NCBI GenBank assembly: GCA_036172245.1
Contig: JAYWIR010000010.1
Coordinates: 2,480,001-2,544,000, forward strand
DNA from: Raillietiella orientalis
Taxonomy: Eukaryota
Direction: 5' to 3'
DNA length: 64,000 bases
Below, one piece after another: positions 26,984 through 40,349 of the stretch. Numbering within the stretch: the first letter of the stretch is position 1; every line of letters starts with the position of its first letter. The position numbers were made by a program, and so were the translations under genes. The notes under the pieces were generated by a model, which was not told where the DNA came from, did no database searches, and saw only the letters and a program-made list of their open reading frames with translations.

Positions 26984-29900
26984 TAAGGGAATGTAACGAG
27001 CATTCACTTAATGGACCAACATATGGACGTCGTTTCATAGAACAGCCAACATTCCTTCCAACTCGCCTGCTTCACGCGTTCTTTCTGCGCTGTGCGGAAG
27101 CGCGTAGCTGCAGTCTCGTGGGAGGAGACAGTTACTGATCGAGTGCACGTAATTTGTTCCTGTGATCATTCTTCGATGCTCATCGCACAATACTTTTTTT
27201 TTTTTTTCCTTTCCGATGGTTTCTTGGAAATTCAAAGTTTGTGTGTGTGTGTGTACATTCAAAGTATGTGCGTGTGTTTTGCTATCTGCATAAAGCTAAG
27301 ATAAAACCATAAACCACAAATTGCACCGAACTGATGTGTGTCGAAACGCTACGAATTCTAACACACAGCTACGAATTGATTGGTCACCTGGAAGATCAGC
27401 GCTCCTACTCCACAAACTTTGCACTTCCAGCTGCATAGCAACGCACCAATGGGTTTTGCGTTCCCCGATGCCTGCATTGCTAATTAGAAGGGAATCGCCA
27501 TGGCTGTGCTGCAGGACGTGCGCACGGACCTGGGACGCACAACAATGCCGCAGAACGGTTTTCTAGAAGAATCCTAGAATATCTAGAATTTTTAACCGGG
27601 GGGGGAGGAGGCATTTAAAAGAACACATAGGGACTGCATGCAATTCTTTCTAACAGTTGCAGTCTAAGTACGCCAACGAATGAGAAAGTGAAAGTACCGC
27701 ACATGTGTAGATTGGTTTGTTTTCTGGGCCTAAAAATTTCGTATCCTGCTTCAGTGATAATTTTATTTCCAGGAGTGTATCACTGAAGAATAACACTGGA
27801 AGTTTTTGTGGCATAGTTAATAGTGTCTTGACATGATTTGAGACGGTCTTTAGAGAGTCACAATACAGTAAGCTTCACAAAACCACACTTACTTTTAGGC
27901 GATCGGAGCAATTTACTTGGCATGGTTTCCAAGTACATTTTATACCTCCAACAGTTATCATTTACGATAGCAAAACATTTGAATGTTGGAAGCCATTTTT
28001 TTTATGAATGCTGATTGTGTGAGCTTTTTTGTTGCAATTTCGATAAGAAGCGTTTAGAAGGATAAGGGATAACAAAGACTGATTGCTTGCTGTTTGCTCT
28101 CCTGAAGAGTCCCATGCACAATGCTTGGAACATACTCAGGATAAGTAATATGTAAACTATAATGCCTTGTTTCTTTTGGATACCCGCTGCATTTTTCATC
28201 CAACTTATCGACAACACTTGAAACATTCAAAGTCTTATCTTTGGAAACGTGTAGCGATTTAATTTAAATTTAAATTCTAAATTATTACGTTCTGCACCGT
28301 TTCGGTTTCACGTAACGAACAATCCAACTTCGCTAAAGAATTCCCTAATTTTACGATATTAAGTTTGTTGCGCACTTCTAGATTTTCTACTGGAATGCTG
28401 TTGTTGTTCGTAAGGCAAGGCAAATAACGTCATAGGTACATAAAATACATTTTTTTTTTTTTTCCGTAAGGATTGCTGTTGAGCTGATAACCCTCCCTCA
28501 CTCAAATAGCAACCCGCATTGACCCGATACCATGTAGTACCTACAAATTCTTTCGACTAGATGCAATTCAAAGCAATCAGATTGACGAGCTGCTTTCGAC
28601 AAGCGGCGTGCTCTCCCACTGCTTCGTGTTTGCAACGTGTCTTTCCAACTTCGATATTCTAAAAGTTCGGACAATTCGTTCATTCGTACGAATCGAACTT
28701 CATCCATCGGTAGGAATCTCTGAGCACATTGCACATCACTGATCGAGGAGGGTCGCTTCGTCCTGCGCGGAATGAACTTCGAAATGGCGATGGCGCCCGA
28801 TCCTCCAGACAACAATGGATGACGGCCTAGCGAGGACGATTTGCCTACCAATTGTTGTGTCCTCCCCCTTTTTTCCACTTCTCTCTCTCGCATTTTCCAA
28901 AGTAGGGAAGCCTTCAGATTGCGCGATCGCTCACAGCTGAGACTGTGAACGAGATGACTAAGGAAGCGAAAACGCTCACAATGGTGGGAAAATTATTGAA
29001 ACTAGGAAAAGATACAATAATCTCAATTGTGTGTGTGCTTTGCCTTTTTTTTTTTTTTCTTTTAAGTAAAGTAAGTTGCCAAGTGCACTTACAAATTCCT
29101 GTGCTGAGGCAATTTTCTTTCAAGTAAAATCTCTTTCTTCATATGTATTGAGGTTGCCGTGTGTTTCGAAATCATCAGTTCTGTTCGCAATTTGAAACTT
29201 GTGGTTCAGTTTCCCTGTCTCCACTTGATGAATAATTGAGTTGTTTCTAAAATGAATTTACATACATTAAATATTGACCACATTTTTGATAAATTATAAC
29301 GGCTAGTTCGCGGTTTCATTACCAACTAGGATAATGACTTGTCTGTTATTATTATAGCCATGAATCTGCTAAGCTTTTCCGCAAAAGGAATTTATATTCA
29401 ACGAAACTTTAGCATTTCCTACGAGCATGATTTCTTATGGTTTGCAACAAAATTTTCTACAAACACATTTCCTATGGGTGTGAGGTTTGACATAGTATGC
29501 CATGGCTGATTTCACTTAATGCCCCAAGTTAAGAGTGTATTTATTTAGAGATAACGTCGATATGAATCCAAACTATGAATAATTGCGCAAATAGGGAACA
29601 AAGCTTACAGGAAGCCTTCTGGTTTCCAAGATGTCTCGGAGCTGGAACCTCGGATCTGATCGCAAGAACATTTATTAATGGAAGTTTCATAAGAGTACCG
29701 GACAGAAATGCAAAATCAGCTACCGCACTTCTGATTCTCTCAAGGGTTCTGAGTAATAGGTTAGGAGCCTTGTTCCGCGAACTTACTGACTCCGGATGGT
29801 AGTGTTCCTATGGCTAATGATTTCGTCGGTAATCAAATGCACGCAGGTAAGATATCCTGTTTGCCAGCCTTTCAACGAATATGTCAAGTTGGCCCACCCA

Positions 29901-32900
29901 TCACTTTGCCAACAGTATCCACATCTCTATCTTCCTCAAAAATTTTAATTTCATTCAGAATAGAAGAGGAGGAAATTCAGAATTCAAAATGGAATAGAGA
30001 GATGGAGACCTCTGAGGAGTAGGAGCAACATTTGCAGCAACCAAATTACTCAAGTGATACATGTCTAACTTATGGGAAGTCAAGTTGCGAAACAGGCATG
30101 CCAAACTTGAACTACGCATTTCACTTAGCACCAAGTGGAACAGATCCATTATCAAGCGTAGAACTGTAACTTATTAGCCCAAGGAACGTTGCAAATACTG
30201 CAATGATGGCTAAGCTTATCATATGCACAATGTCCCACTCAAGAGTAACATGTAACATTGTGAGATTTTTATCTATCTATAACATTAGATATGTTATTCT
30301 TATCAGCTTATCAAGGAAGTCATAGTTTCTCCTCATTCTGTAGTTTCAATTCGGTGAAAACGGCAGCGAACAGAATATTTATGATACAAGTTGTTCTATT
30401 CCTTTTATTCTTGCTTGTGGATCAAATACAAACAATGAAAATGTACAAATGCGAAAAAAATGTGCTCTCGAACATTCCCGCTATTTGTATTGTATTTTTT
30501 ATGCGAGTGTCTTATCAATTACTATCCTTGAAACATTGATCTAGGAAAGTTTTGAATCTCTCGCAGCCACAAATTTTATTTTCTCCTCAGCATGATTCCA
30601 ATTTTCGGCATTTTTGTCCTAACTAAAAAGCAAAAATGATACGGTAGTGATTCATATCAATAGCATTTATGTAAACAACAAAAATATTTCAAATTACTTA
30701 TTCTCTTCCTTTTTGTACCCAGGACAGCAACGTAAATATTTTGCCAAATGCCATGCGGAAAAGTGTAAGGAAGATTCAGGCTCCTAAACTGTGATCATGA
30801 GAGAACTGTAGTCTAAGCAGACGTATCCATGTGACTTTGAATTAGCCTCTGATTTTCCTGACAGGTTTGTGAAGAATCCATGAAAACTAACCGCTTTCGA
30901 CTCAGCAGGTTTCATCTCATAAGATCTCCGATTTTTTCCACACAAAACAGTGCTACCGTTTCCTCGGATTCATTGAAAATAAACATTTCCCACAGTATAG
31001 TACAGTAAATCTCCATGGCGTGGTTCCTTTCTCTATACATACCTGATACCTCATATGAATAACCTGTGATGCAAAAGACCATTACGTGGTAGTAGGTAAT
31101 AGGTTGTCTTTTTATAATAATATTCAGGTTGCCTTTTCATTTTCTGGGTGGCTGTGCTTGTGGGAAGTGGTCAATTTTTTTAAGAATGAGCCTGTCCATG
31201 CCTCATATCCATCTGAACTGTCTGTCCGAAAGAAAAATCAATCTTCCTTCCATTCCTGTTATTTTCAAGATAGGACAGATTAACATCTCCACATCAGGAG
31301 AGCCACAGCTTTTCATAAAGCATTGTCTGGTGTTCCAATTGAACCTCTAATCATGAATGAAATATTTTCTAGTTCTTAACGTTCACAATTTTTACTGTTC
31401 ATAAAGACACCTTAATATGCCTTTTTTCTTTCAATTTCCGTGTTCTATGCATACAACTATCTCATTAAAAATTCTAGATTTGTTTTACAATTCACACAGA
31501 AACGACACCTTTAAAAAAATGCCGAGATAATAGGTCTAACCAATTGCATTCACCATAGTTGCATTCTGCAATGAAGTGAACATGGTTTCATTTCCATATT
31601 GCAAACATTATGTTCCAACATTATGTTTTCTTGAAAAACATTAAGAACTTTTCATGTTTCAATGCTGCACTTTATTTCCATCGTCATCTTATTGACGAAT
31701 TTGAATTTCAACGTTATACTAGGCTTAAGGAACTTTATAGGCATGTATGAGCATTGCATGATTGGTTAACCTTTAATTAATACCACGATGAGACCCACTC
31801 GAACTTTTGGCAGAGAAGATTCAGAACAAGAATTCATGCTGACATATGAAATACGAACGGTTCCAGAAGATTCAAGACCGACTCATTCATGAAACGAGAG
31901 CCCTGCAATGAATGAAAGAAGGAAATAAAGCTTTGTGCGCCATTTCCTCTCAAGGGACTGTTATGAGGAGAGGAAAGGTGTCTACAAGAAGTATCTGTCT
32001 CTTCTTCAAAATATACCTTTGTTGATTCACACTCATTAGCATCTTGCAAAACACAGGAAAAACTTTATAAATCGGTCCTAGAGAAGCAAACAAAAAACAT
32101 GGACGCATCTCCATTCATTAGGACTATCCATTTATTGCTCCAAATAAACCAAAAATAAAGAGCATATCCTAGCATACGTTGGCAGATGAAGGTGTGGAAG
32201 CTATAATAACTTACAGGAGACAAAAAATATGGAAAATTGTCAAATTTGATCCACATAAATCTCATTTATAATCAAGGAGAAATGATGGATAATATCACTG
32301 CTTTTTAAAATTTATGTACCAATGTAAGCAATAATCAAAGACAGTGAGTAAAACTTCTAAGAAAAGTAACTTCAACAGCATATTTGTGATCTGCATTTAG
32401 TATTTGAAGGTAGGATTTAAATATAAAGTTCAAGTCCATTATATGCCCTTTGTTCTTTGGAAGCTTTCTAATTACTTTGTGCAGCCAAAATATAGTAAAC
32501 AAGATTTAGTTTCCTTTTCTATCTATTGCCAACGAACAAACAAGATCTAGAAATGATCAGGGAAGTTTGCTTCAATATCCATGCCCCTTCTAATACCAAC
32601 TACTTCTAAATCATTCCCATCACAAAGTCAAGTAAAATCAGCCAGAATAAATTCAACAAAGATTTCATTTTGTTTCATTGTTAGTACAGTTCAAATATGT
32701 TTTGATTTCTACTGACTCATTCTGAGCATTTAGATGGTATAAATGTAATTCACTATTTTGTTTAATGAAGTATTTGTCTTAAGAATCTTAACATTCACGA
32801 ATAAATGAAAAACACACATATGTGTGATATTAGATAACCTTAAGCCATTCAGTAGCTCCAGAAACCTGCAACATATTGTATAGAATTCATCTGCAAACTC

Positions 32901-34998
32901 AGAACTGTCACCAAATTTTGCAAAAAGTATGTGCTCATCGCTGTTCTTGATCATTGCCCCATTCGACTTCAAAGCCGTATTGCCAAAATAGTTTTACGCT
33001 CTCCTTGTTTAATGCTGATGTGTCCTTGAAATGTTTGTCATGATCATCAGACACGATGAACTGAATGTGTCCGCAGAAACTTGCAAAAGTCGTTAATGCA
33101 GCAAAGTCTCGATTTCCATGAAGTCTCGATTCCAAGTTGAGGATATGAATTTTACAAAAGCAAATATTTAATACGATGTCCATGGAAAACAATTTGACGC
33201 TACTTAATTTACAAACTTTGCTTTCTGCTTGCTTAAAACTTATCTAAAATCTGTCTATTACTTGGTTATTTGCAAAGATCCTCTTAAATTCCCACAGTGA
33301 ATCAGAAAACTAGTAACGTCAAATCCTTTAGTGTAATTTACCGTAAATGGTATTCTACTACATTTATAACAGAATCCTTTAAAACCTATTGCTGTTACGT
33401 TTATACTTTCACTTATCTTTTATCCAGTTTCAGTGAAATATCATCTTTTTCTTTTTGGGTCGTCGCTTTTACATTTGTTCCTGTTAAACAGTGTGCAATG
33501 CTCTTTGTAATCTAGTTGCTTCCTATCGATTTCGATTGCACTTTTACGGCTTTCGCAACGAGCTAACTAGGGATGTCTTTGACAATTTAACTTCTTGATT
33601 GCTCATCCATACCTTTTATATTAAAATATGAAATTTGCAGTTCGTACTTCCTTAGTGACATGGACAGATTTGTTGTAGTCGTAGTGATTTACATTTGGAT
33701 GAAATTTCTAAAAATTTAGTAGTTTGCCTTCTTTCAATCTGTGCTCATTTTCTTTGAGGCAAACTTATGCTGCCTAATTGTAACATTCTGCTACTGTGGA
33801 CTTTGCCCTTATTAATTTATTACATAGGATTTTGTATATTTCCAATTGATGGGCCTTATTTTTCTCATATTTCACGCTTTTCGATTTGTTGCCATATCGT
33901 TTGTCTCAATTTTCAATCCTCATCAGTTTCAGGTCCTGAAACTGATCAGGATTGAAATGAGATAAATCATTTAGGAATCATGGGATCATGCGATTCATTT
34001 TTGCTTCAAAGCTTAAAGACTTATTTATTCTATCTAAACTTATCTATATCAGAACTTTTCTGAATTCAAAGTAATAATTAATAACGCAGATAAAGGTGTG
34101 TTCTTGTGTTGATTATTTAGGTAGAGAACCCGTTTAACATGAAATAATAGCAGCTGTTATCCTTATTATGTTGTGAATTTTGAACACATACTACATGAAT
34201 ATTCATATATTACTTGATTGTGTTTGGTTTAAAGAAAGTTTTCTTCGAATTATACTCTCTAACGTATCTAAATCTCATTTCACAAATTTTGCTTCTATTT
34301 TGAAAAAAAGGTCTTACAAATATTATTGTGTAGATTTTTGAATTTTGAAGTACATACTTTCAAAGTCTTATTTTTGATACTCAATTGTAAGTTCCGTTTT
34401 TTCTCTGCAAAATAAGTTGGAATTTTGAAAAATTCATTACGAGGAATACTTTTCACCTTTTAGTATCCGATTATATAAAATTGTAGCATACAAGTATTTA
34501 TTTCATGTTTAAATTTCAGAAATCTATTGACGAATCACAGTATTGAACTCTCTGTTATCTTATTTTTTTTCCTCGGTTAGAAATTTTGATTTTGTTTCAT
34601 TCCACATGGATACAGTCGTGCAAATTATCATTTTATTTAATGTAACCTTTGATTTTATATTCATTCATTGCATTTATTTTGTGCATGTATTTCTTAGTTT
34701 GAACATATTTGTATTTGTGAGTCGTCTGAATGTAATCCAAAATTCCTCAAAAATATTTTGAAATTTTTTTTTCGAAAATTCCCATAATTTCAAATTTTAT
34801 AGTATTTTATAGAAGATGCAGCGTTTTTTTCATGAAGTAAAGCATCGTTCAGAAATCTGATGTCACGTTGTTCAATTATCCTATAATGTACTGGTATTTC
34901 GTGTATCCAGATGCTCATGCCCACTTGGCTGCGGTTAGGTGAAATAGTAATGAAATAGAAGAAGAATTTAAAGAAGCGGAAAATTTAGTGACCAAAAG

Positions 34999-37351
34999 AT
35001 GTCAGAATTTGACTTAACAAGTGTTCTTTGTTCATACTTAGATAGACATCTTGTCTTTCCATTATTAGAGTTCTTATCGGTAAAAAAAGTAAGTAATTTT
35101 TTAAGCCGTACAAATTTGTACCAAGTTGCGAGTCGTCTCCCGCTAACCGGAACTTGTTCGATAACTGTGATCTGTGTTCATATGTTATAGTTTTCTTTTG
35201 TTTTCTTACGGGTACAAGAGTACAGCTTATTTTCATAAGAAGGGTCATCGATCTCCACATGCAGCCAACATGTCTTAAGAGTTTACATTGGTTTTTGTGA
35301 TGAACTTTCCTTGATTGCAGTTGGTTGCAGTTTACCGTTTCAATTATACACCCCAATCAAAGATAGTTTCTGACGTTTATAGTCAAAGAACATTATTGAA
35401 GATTAGTTAACACCAGAGCTTTTCGTAACTCTTGTAATAGGTATTTACTTAGAGTTCATGAAGTTTATAAAACACTTTTTGGCAGTAAGAAAAGATAAGT
35501 AGATAAATAAGTGCAGCTGCTAATGGGTGAAGACACAATTGTTGTTCATGAAATCAAATAGGCAAGAATTGCTCATGAATCAGCACCCTGGCCAATGGCA
35601 GGGTGCTGATTGTTTCGTATCAAAATTGCTTACAATGTATATTATTTAAGTAATCATTGTTTAAGTAGTGTTTTGCATATTTTGTGAAAACGTATTTTTT
35701 GAGATGGTTATCTAGTTCTTTTGTGCATGAACATTGTAAATTTCCAGATTTATGATGAAAGGGAGCTGCTGCAGTGCAAACTGGACCTTTTGGGTGAAAC
35801 CAACATGTTGGACTTTGCCATGGATGTTCATAAAGACCTTCATCCTGATGTTGAACTTCCTGAGGTACAAAAATTTTTTCATGATTGTACCATATATTAT
35901 TAAATATTGTATTACCTTGAGTAAAAGTGATGAAAGTGATTTTTATGAGAAAATGAGAAAATTGTAATATTCTAGGCAATGATTGAGAAACGAAACAGAG
36001 TTGTGGCACAGTATTCCAAGCATGGAGAAGACATAAAACCTATACTTAAAATATTTGAGGATCCAGAGGTCACTAGGCAGATTCAGATTACTCGTGATTC
36101 CAGAGTTCTGTTTGAATTTCTTATGAAAAATTATAATGTGAATATAGTAAAAGTTTCCTTTGATTGGTAATCGAAAAAGTGCTTCAGTTTCAACCATCCA
36201 TGATTGATACAGTGTACAACTTCGCCAAATTTCAGTATGAATGTGGCAATTATTCTAGAGCAGCCGAATTCTTGTATTTTCATCGTATGCTGGTCTCTCC
36301 AAGTGATAAGGTAACATGAAACTTCAGTGTAAGGAGTGTATTTTTGTAGAATTTTCTGAATGGACTTTGGGGAAAGTTGGCTGCAGATATTTTGATGCAG
36401 AGTTGGGATGTGGCCCTTGAAGAGCTCAATAGACTCAAGGATTACATTGACAATAATACATTTGGGTCATCATTACAATCTCTGCAGCAACGAACTTGGC
36501 TCATACACTGGGGTCTATTTGTGTTTTTTAATCATGCCAGTGGTCAAGACCTTATTGTTGACATGTTCCTACATCAGCCACAGTGAGTGTTTTGTCAGCA
36601 TAATTATAAGTGTTTTTGGCAGATATCTCAATGCCATTCAGACCATGTGCCAACATGTACTTCGGTATCTGGCCACTGCAGTCATAATTAATAAGCAGCA
36701 TCGTCGAACTATGATGAAAGATCTGGTCATGGTTATCCAGCAGGTAAAGGAGACGTCTTTAGTCACTAATCATTATTATGATTACTTAGGAGGCTTACAC
36801 ATACCGTGATCCAATCACAGAGTTCTTGGAACATTTATATGTTAATTTTGATTTTGATGGAGCACAACAGAAGCTCAGAGAATGTGAAACTGTTCTGGTC
36901 AATGATTTCTTCTTAGTGGCATGTCTTGATAACTTTATTGAAAATGCCAGACTCATGATCTTTGAGACTTTCTGTCGCATTCATCAGTGCATAAGCATTA
37001 GGCAAGTGGCATCTTTTCAGAATTTTCATTTCCATCTTAGTATGCTAGCTGAGAAACTAAACATGAGTCCTGATGATGCAGAACACTGGATTGTAAATAT
37101 GATTCGGAATGCACATCTTGATGCCAAGATTGATTCCAAAGCAGGACATGTGGTGATGGGTACCCAAGCAGTGTCTCCTTACCAGCAACTCATTGAAAAA
37201 ACCAAGGTTTTGTCTTTCCGCTCCCAGCTTTTGGCACTGAACTTAGAAAAGAAATTATCACGGAATCAAGAGGTAGCAATTAGTTTTGTGATAATTTGTT
37301 TTGTAATCTCATTTTTATCAGAGTTCTCAGTGGGGTGGTCCAGAGTTGTGA
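34999..37351 (+). CDS. eIF3e: Eukaryotic translation initiation factor 3 subunit E (Int-6), 439 aa, 9 exons
   Basis: Exons 34999-35088, 35748-35864, 35976-36137, 36188-36310, 36350-36582, 36623-36743, 36790-37001, 37041-37272, 37322-37351 join into one open frame. Diagnostic peptides [79 protein letters not shown]. Confidence 0.97.
35578..35611. repeat. Inverted repeat in eIF3e intron 1
   Basis: aatcagcaccctg ... cagggtgctgatt, 13-bp perfect arms around gccaatgg. Confidence 0.75.
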
Positions 37352-38059
37352 AAGAGTATCTGTGATATAAAGAATCATAAATATTACGCACTTGCAAATA
37401 AGTATGAATATCGATAAACGTCATCATGAGTGGTATTGCAAGAGTGTAAAGGATGAGCCAAAACATAGAGCACATTCTGCAAAAATATTTTTTTGTAGTT
37501 TATGGTGTTCTATAAACAAATATTAACATAAAAATAAAGAGGAAAACTGGAATATGAAGTATATCCTTGATGTATGTAAGGCTTTTTAAATTTGCTTGCA
37601 ATGTTACATAAGAACTTCTCCGGGCACATTATGCATTAGATTGAAATTTTGCCTGCAATACTTTTTTCAATATTTGTGCAATTTCTGTGCCTAAAAACTA
37701 CGATGACATTTGAATTGATACAAGAGGCATATTCATGAAAAGTGATGTGTTACAGCAACTTGCAAAGTCAAACTTGAATGTGTAAATTTGGTGTGTCTAA
37801 CTTTAGTATGTAAGATGTATGTATGTTGTAGGTCCAGTCTTAAGCTCTTGTGCAGGAAATTAATTGAGCAACGCTTGTTGCGAACCCATCTTGACTGATG
37901 TGTAGCTGTTACCACCTATTACTTGAAATCGTTTCTATTGAAATTTCGAACATATTACAAGTAAAAAATATTTATATTCACACTTCTTAAATAAATGTGG
38001 ACAAAATTAACAATATATTAGAAGTCTTTATTAATAATTTTGCATGCCATTATATTTTT

Positions 38060-39950
38060 CGAAATAGTGCAGAATGTGCAACACAAGGGGACATTTCTTG
38101 CATCCCCCGAGTTGTTTCACTGCGTTTGTTTTGTTTAGTGCATACTTTGCATCTTCTTTGAGGTTTTGGTTTCCCATTTGTGGGTGGGATATTTCTTGGA
38201 AACTGTCCCCATTGTTTTGCCTCTAGTCATATGTTGTATTTTACAAAATAAAACGAAAGTGCTGAAGAGAGTCATATCCACTATCTAAAGAAATATTTTT
38301 TTGTAACCTTTGACAAATTTTCTCGTTATAGAATAGGAAAATAGGTAATTTTCTTGCAAATCTACGCCACCCGTGCCTTTGTTGTAATTCAAAACAGCAT
38401 TTAGTTTTGTATTTGTTCCGGTTTTATCTTCATTATTTTTCCGTGGTTTTTGTCTTCGGTCATTTCAGGTTTAGCGTGTTTAGTTGAAAGTAAGCATATA
38501 TCTCTTTTATCTTTCCATTTTAGAGCTAGGATGCCATTGCAAGGTCTGTAGAGGATTTCAAACCTCTTCAATTTTGGCCGCTGCAAGTTCTTTAGGCACA
38601 TTTTTTCTGTTACACCTGACTGTCCCAATGGCATTTGTTTCTTTGCCTGTGGGAATGGTTTTGGTGACGAATACCAGTTTTCCAAGAAAAGTGTGTGGCC
38701 ATCACCAATTAGTGATGTTCACGAACTCGTTACAGTGTTTTCTGATGCAGTGTTACCCGAATCTTCTGCCACGTCTTGCCCTGTATATGTTTGAAATTTA
38801 ATGCAGTATCCTGATTTCGGTTCAGACGATTTATAAAATTTTACACCAAAACGACCTCTTTTTGATGGGTTGGATTATTGATGGGATAAGCCACCCTTGT
38901 ATTTCATTAGAGACTCATCGAGTGATAAATATTTTTCAAGAATGTAAGTAAGTTCAAATTCATTAATCAAATAATCAGTTGTATTCCTGACTTTTATTTA
39001 GGCGATCATTTTCATCCACAACTTCATTATTAGTATAATGTAAAAACCGAGTCGGTTGCATAAATCTGCACAAAGTTTTATTTTTGCGGTATACTGGAAT
39101 CTCAATTAAATCCCTTTTTGACGAGCAGCTCTGTACAGATTTTTTCACTTGCGTCATCAAAATACACAAAGCAAATTATGCTTTCAATTCACAGCCATTG
39201 ATCTCCAATTTTTTTTCAAATTTGTTCAATCCATGACCTCCTTCGCTCATTACTTGCTTTGCGTAACGATTATTTTCCGTAGCAAAAATTTCCCCCGAAT
39301 CTTTCTTATTCATTTTAGGTTACTACATAGCTGTTGGAATGGCTTTGGAGAACCTTCCGCGGTTGTTGTTGTTTTCTCCGTGTCTTTCACGGTTCTCCGG
39401 TGCTCTCTTCCGGAGGGAAGAGCATTGTCCCGATCATCGGGTTGGGCTGCATTCGCCCTTCTTACGTGGGTTGCATAGATGCTGCTTGCAAAGCGGATGC
39501 AGGTGGCTACCATCCGTTGTCTTAGCTTCTCAAGCTTCTTTTTTGGAATTCCAAGGTATTGGAGTACCTCTTCGTTTCCAGGATCCCATGCTCCCAGTGA
39601 GCCGACATTCCCATCTAGTGGATTTTCGTATTCCGGGAATTCTGGAATACTCCCACATTTTAGTACGATTTTCTTCATCCTTCCAAATCCATTCAGCAAT
39701 ACTTTCATCTTCCTCTTACAAAATTATATCACTGCCTGCGCTATCATATGTTCACCATCTAATACTCTACACCTCTTGAGAAATGGTACAATGATATCCC
39801 TGCATGTGCTATCAGTTTCCTCATCTTCAGTTATTATTGCCCTCTGTTTTTGCCTTTTTGGGCACGAACGAACATGGTCGCTATCTTCACTGCCCCGCTT
39901 TCCGGTTTGGGATCTTTATTTAAGTTTTTCCAGTAAAAATGTAAAATATA
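38060..39950 (-). mobile_element. Decayed piggyBac (PGBD4-like) transposase, interrupted by a retrotransposon fragment
   Basis: Minus-strand motifs in expected order: acidic N-term and WIWKDEENRTKMWEYSRIPGI (~39700-39630); ATENNRYAKQ; ELKA*FALCILM; RFLHY..DRLNK; LSLDESLMKYKG..NPSKRGRFGVKFY; LALKWKDKRDICLLSTKH; C-terminal Cys-rich FPRNIPPTNGKPKPQRRCKVC. Many stops and frameshifts. Ends approximate. Confidence 0.88.
39330..39625 (-). mobile_element. 3' fragment of a restriction-like-endonuclease non-LTR retrotransposon (NeSL/Utopia-like), nested in the piggyBac
   Basis: VGSLGAWDPGNEEVLQYLGIPKKKLEKLRQRMVATCIRFASSIYATH matches the C-terminal pattern of NeSL/Utopia-type RLE elements. piggyBac motifs lie on both sides. 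Confidence 0.75.
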
Positions 39951-40118
39951 CTTAATCCATTTCACTACATATAATTCAACCTGTATAAGCAAATAAACGC
40001 AATTTTATAACGGACGCAAGAATCCTTCTTGGCGACAGCACTCGACGTTCTGACCAGCTTGGAGACAGGCGACAAATGACCTGCCTGGCACGTCCGTCCG
40101 GTCGGTGATTCTTATGAA

Positions 40119-40149
40119 AAAAATAGCGACGTGACACGTCGCTATTTTT
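40119..40149. repeat. 31-bp palindrome upstream of the piggyBac ORF
   Basis: aaaaatagcgacgtg-a-cacgtcgctattttt, 15-bp perfect arms. Confidence 0.8.
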
Positions 40150-40349
40150 ATGTCTTTCCGGCTCGAGAGGTGCGTCACCCGGATTTTCCGGGGCATTTAT
40201 TTGAGGATAAAAGTACAAGCAAATGTTCCTGTGGTGAACCGCTTCGTTCACCACGTCATGGGCACTTGGCAGTCACCGGTCGGCAGTCCGGCGAGCTCCG
40301 TTTCCGCAGCGAATGGGACGGGAAAAAGATACAAACGAAAAAGGAAACA

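Noticed and set aside
27560..27592. Clustered CTAGAA repeats resembling a heat-shock element
   Set aside because: nGAAn units are out of the 5-bp register.
30297..30310. 14-nt match to U2 snRNA (ttcttatcagctta), relevant to Utopia-type targeting
   Set aside because: No flanking U2 sequence and not adjacent to either RLE fragment; compatible with chance.
31830..33190. Minus-strand exon-like segments divergent from eIF3e
   Set aside because: Could not join them into an open spliced frame or recognise a family; left unannotated.
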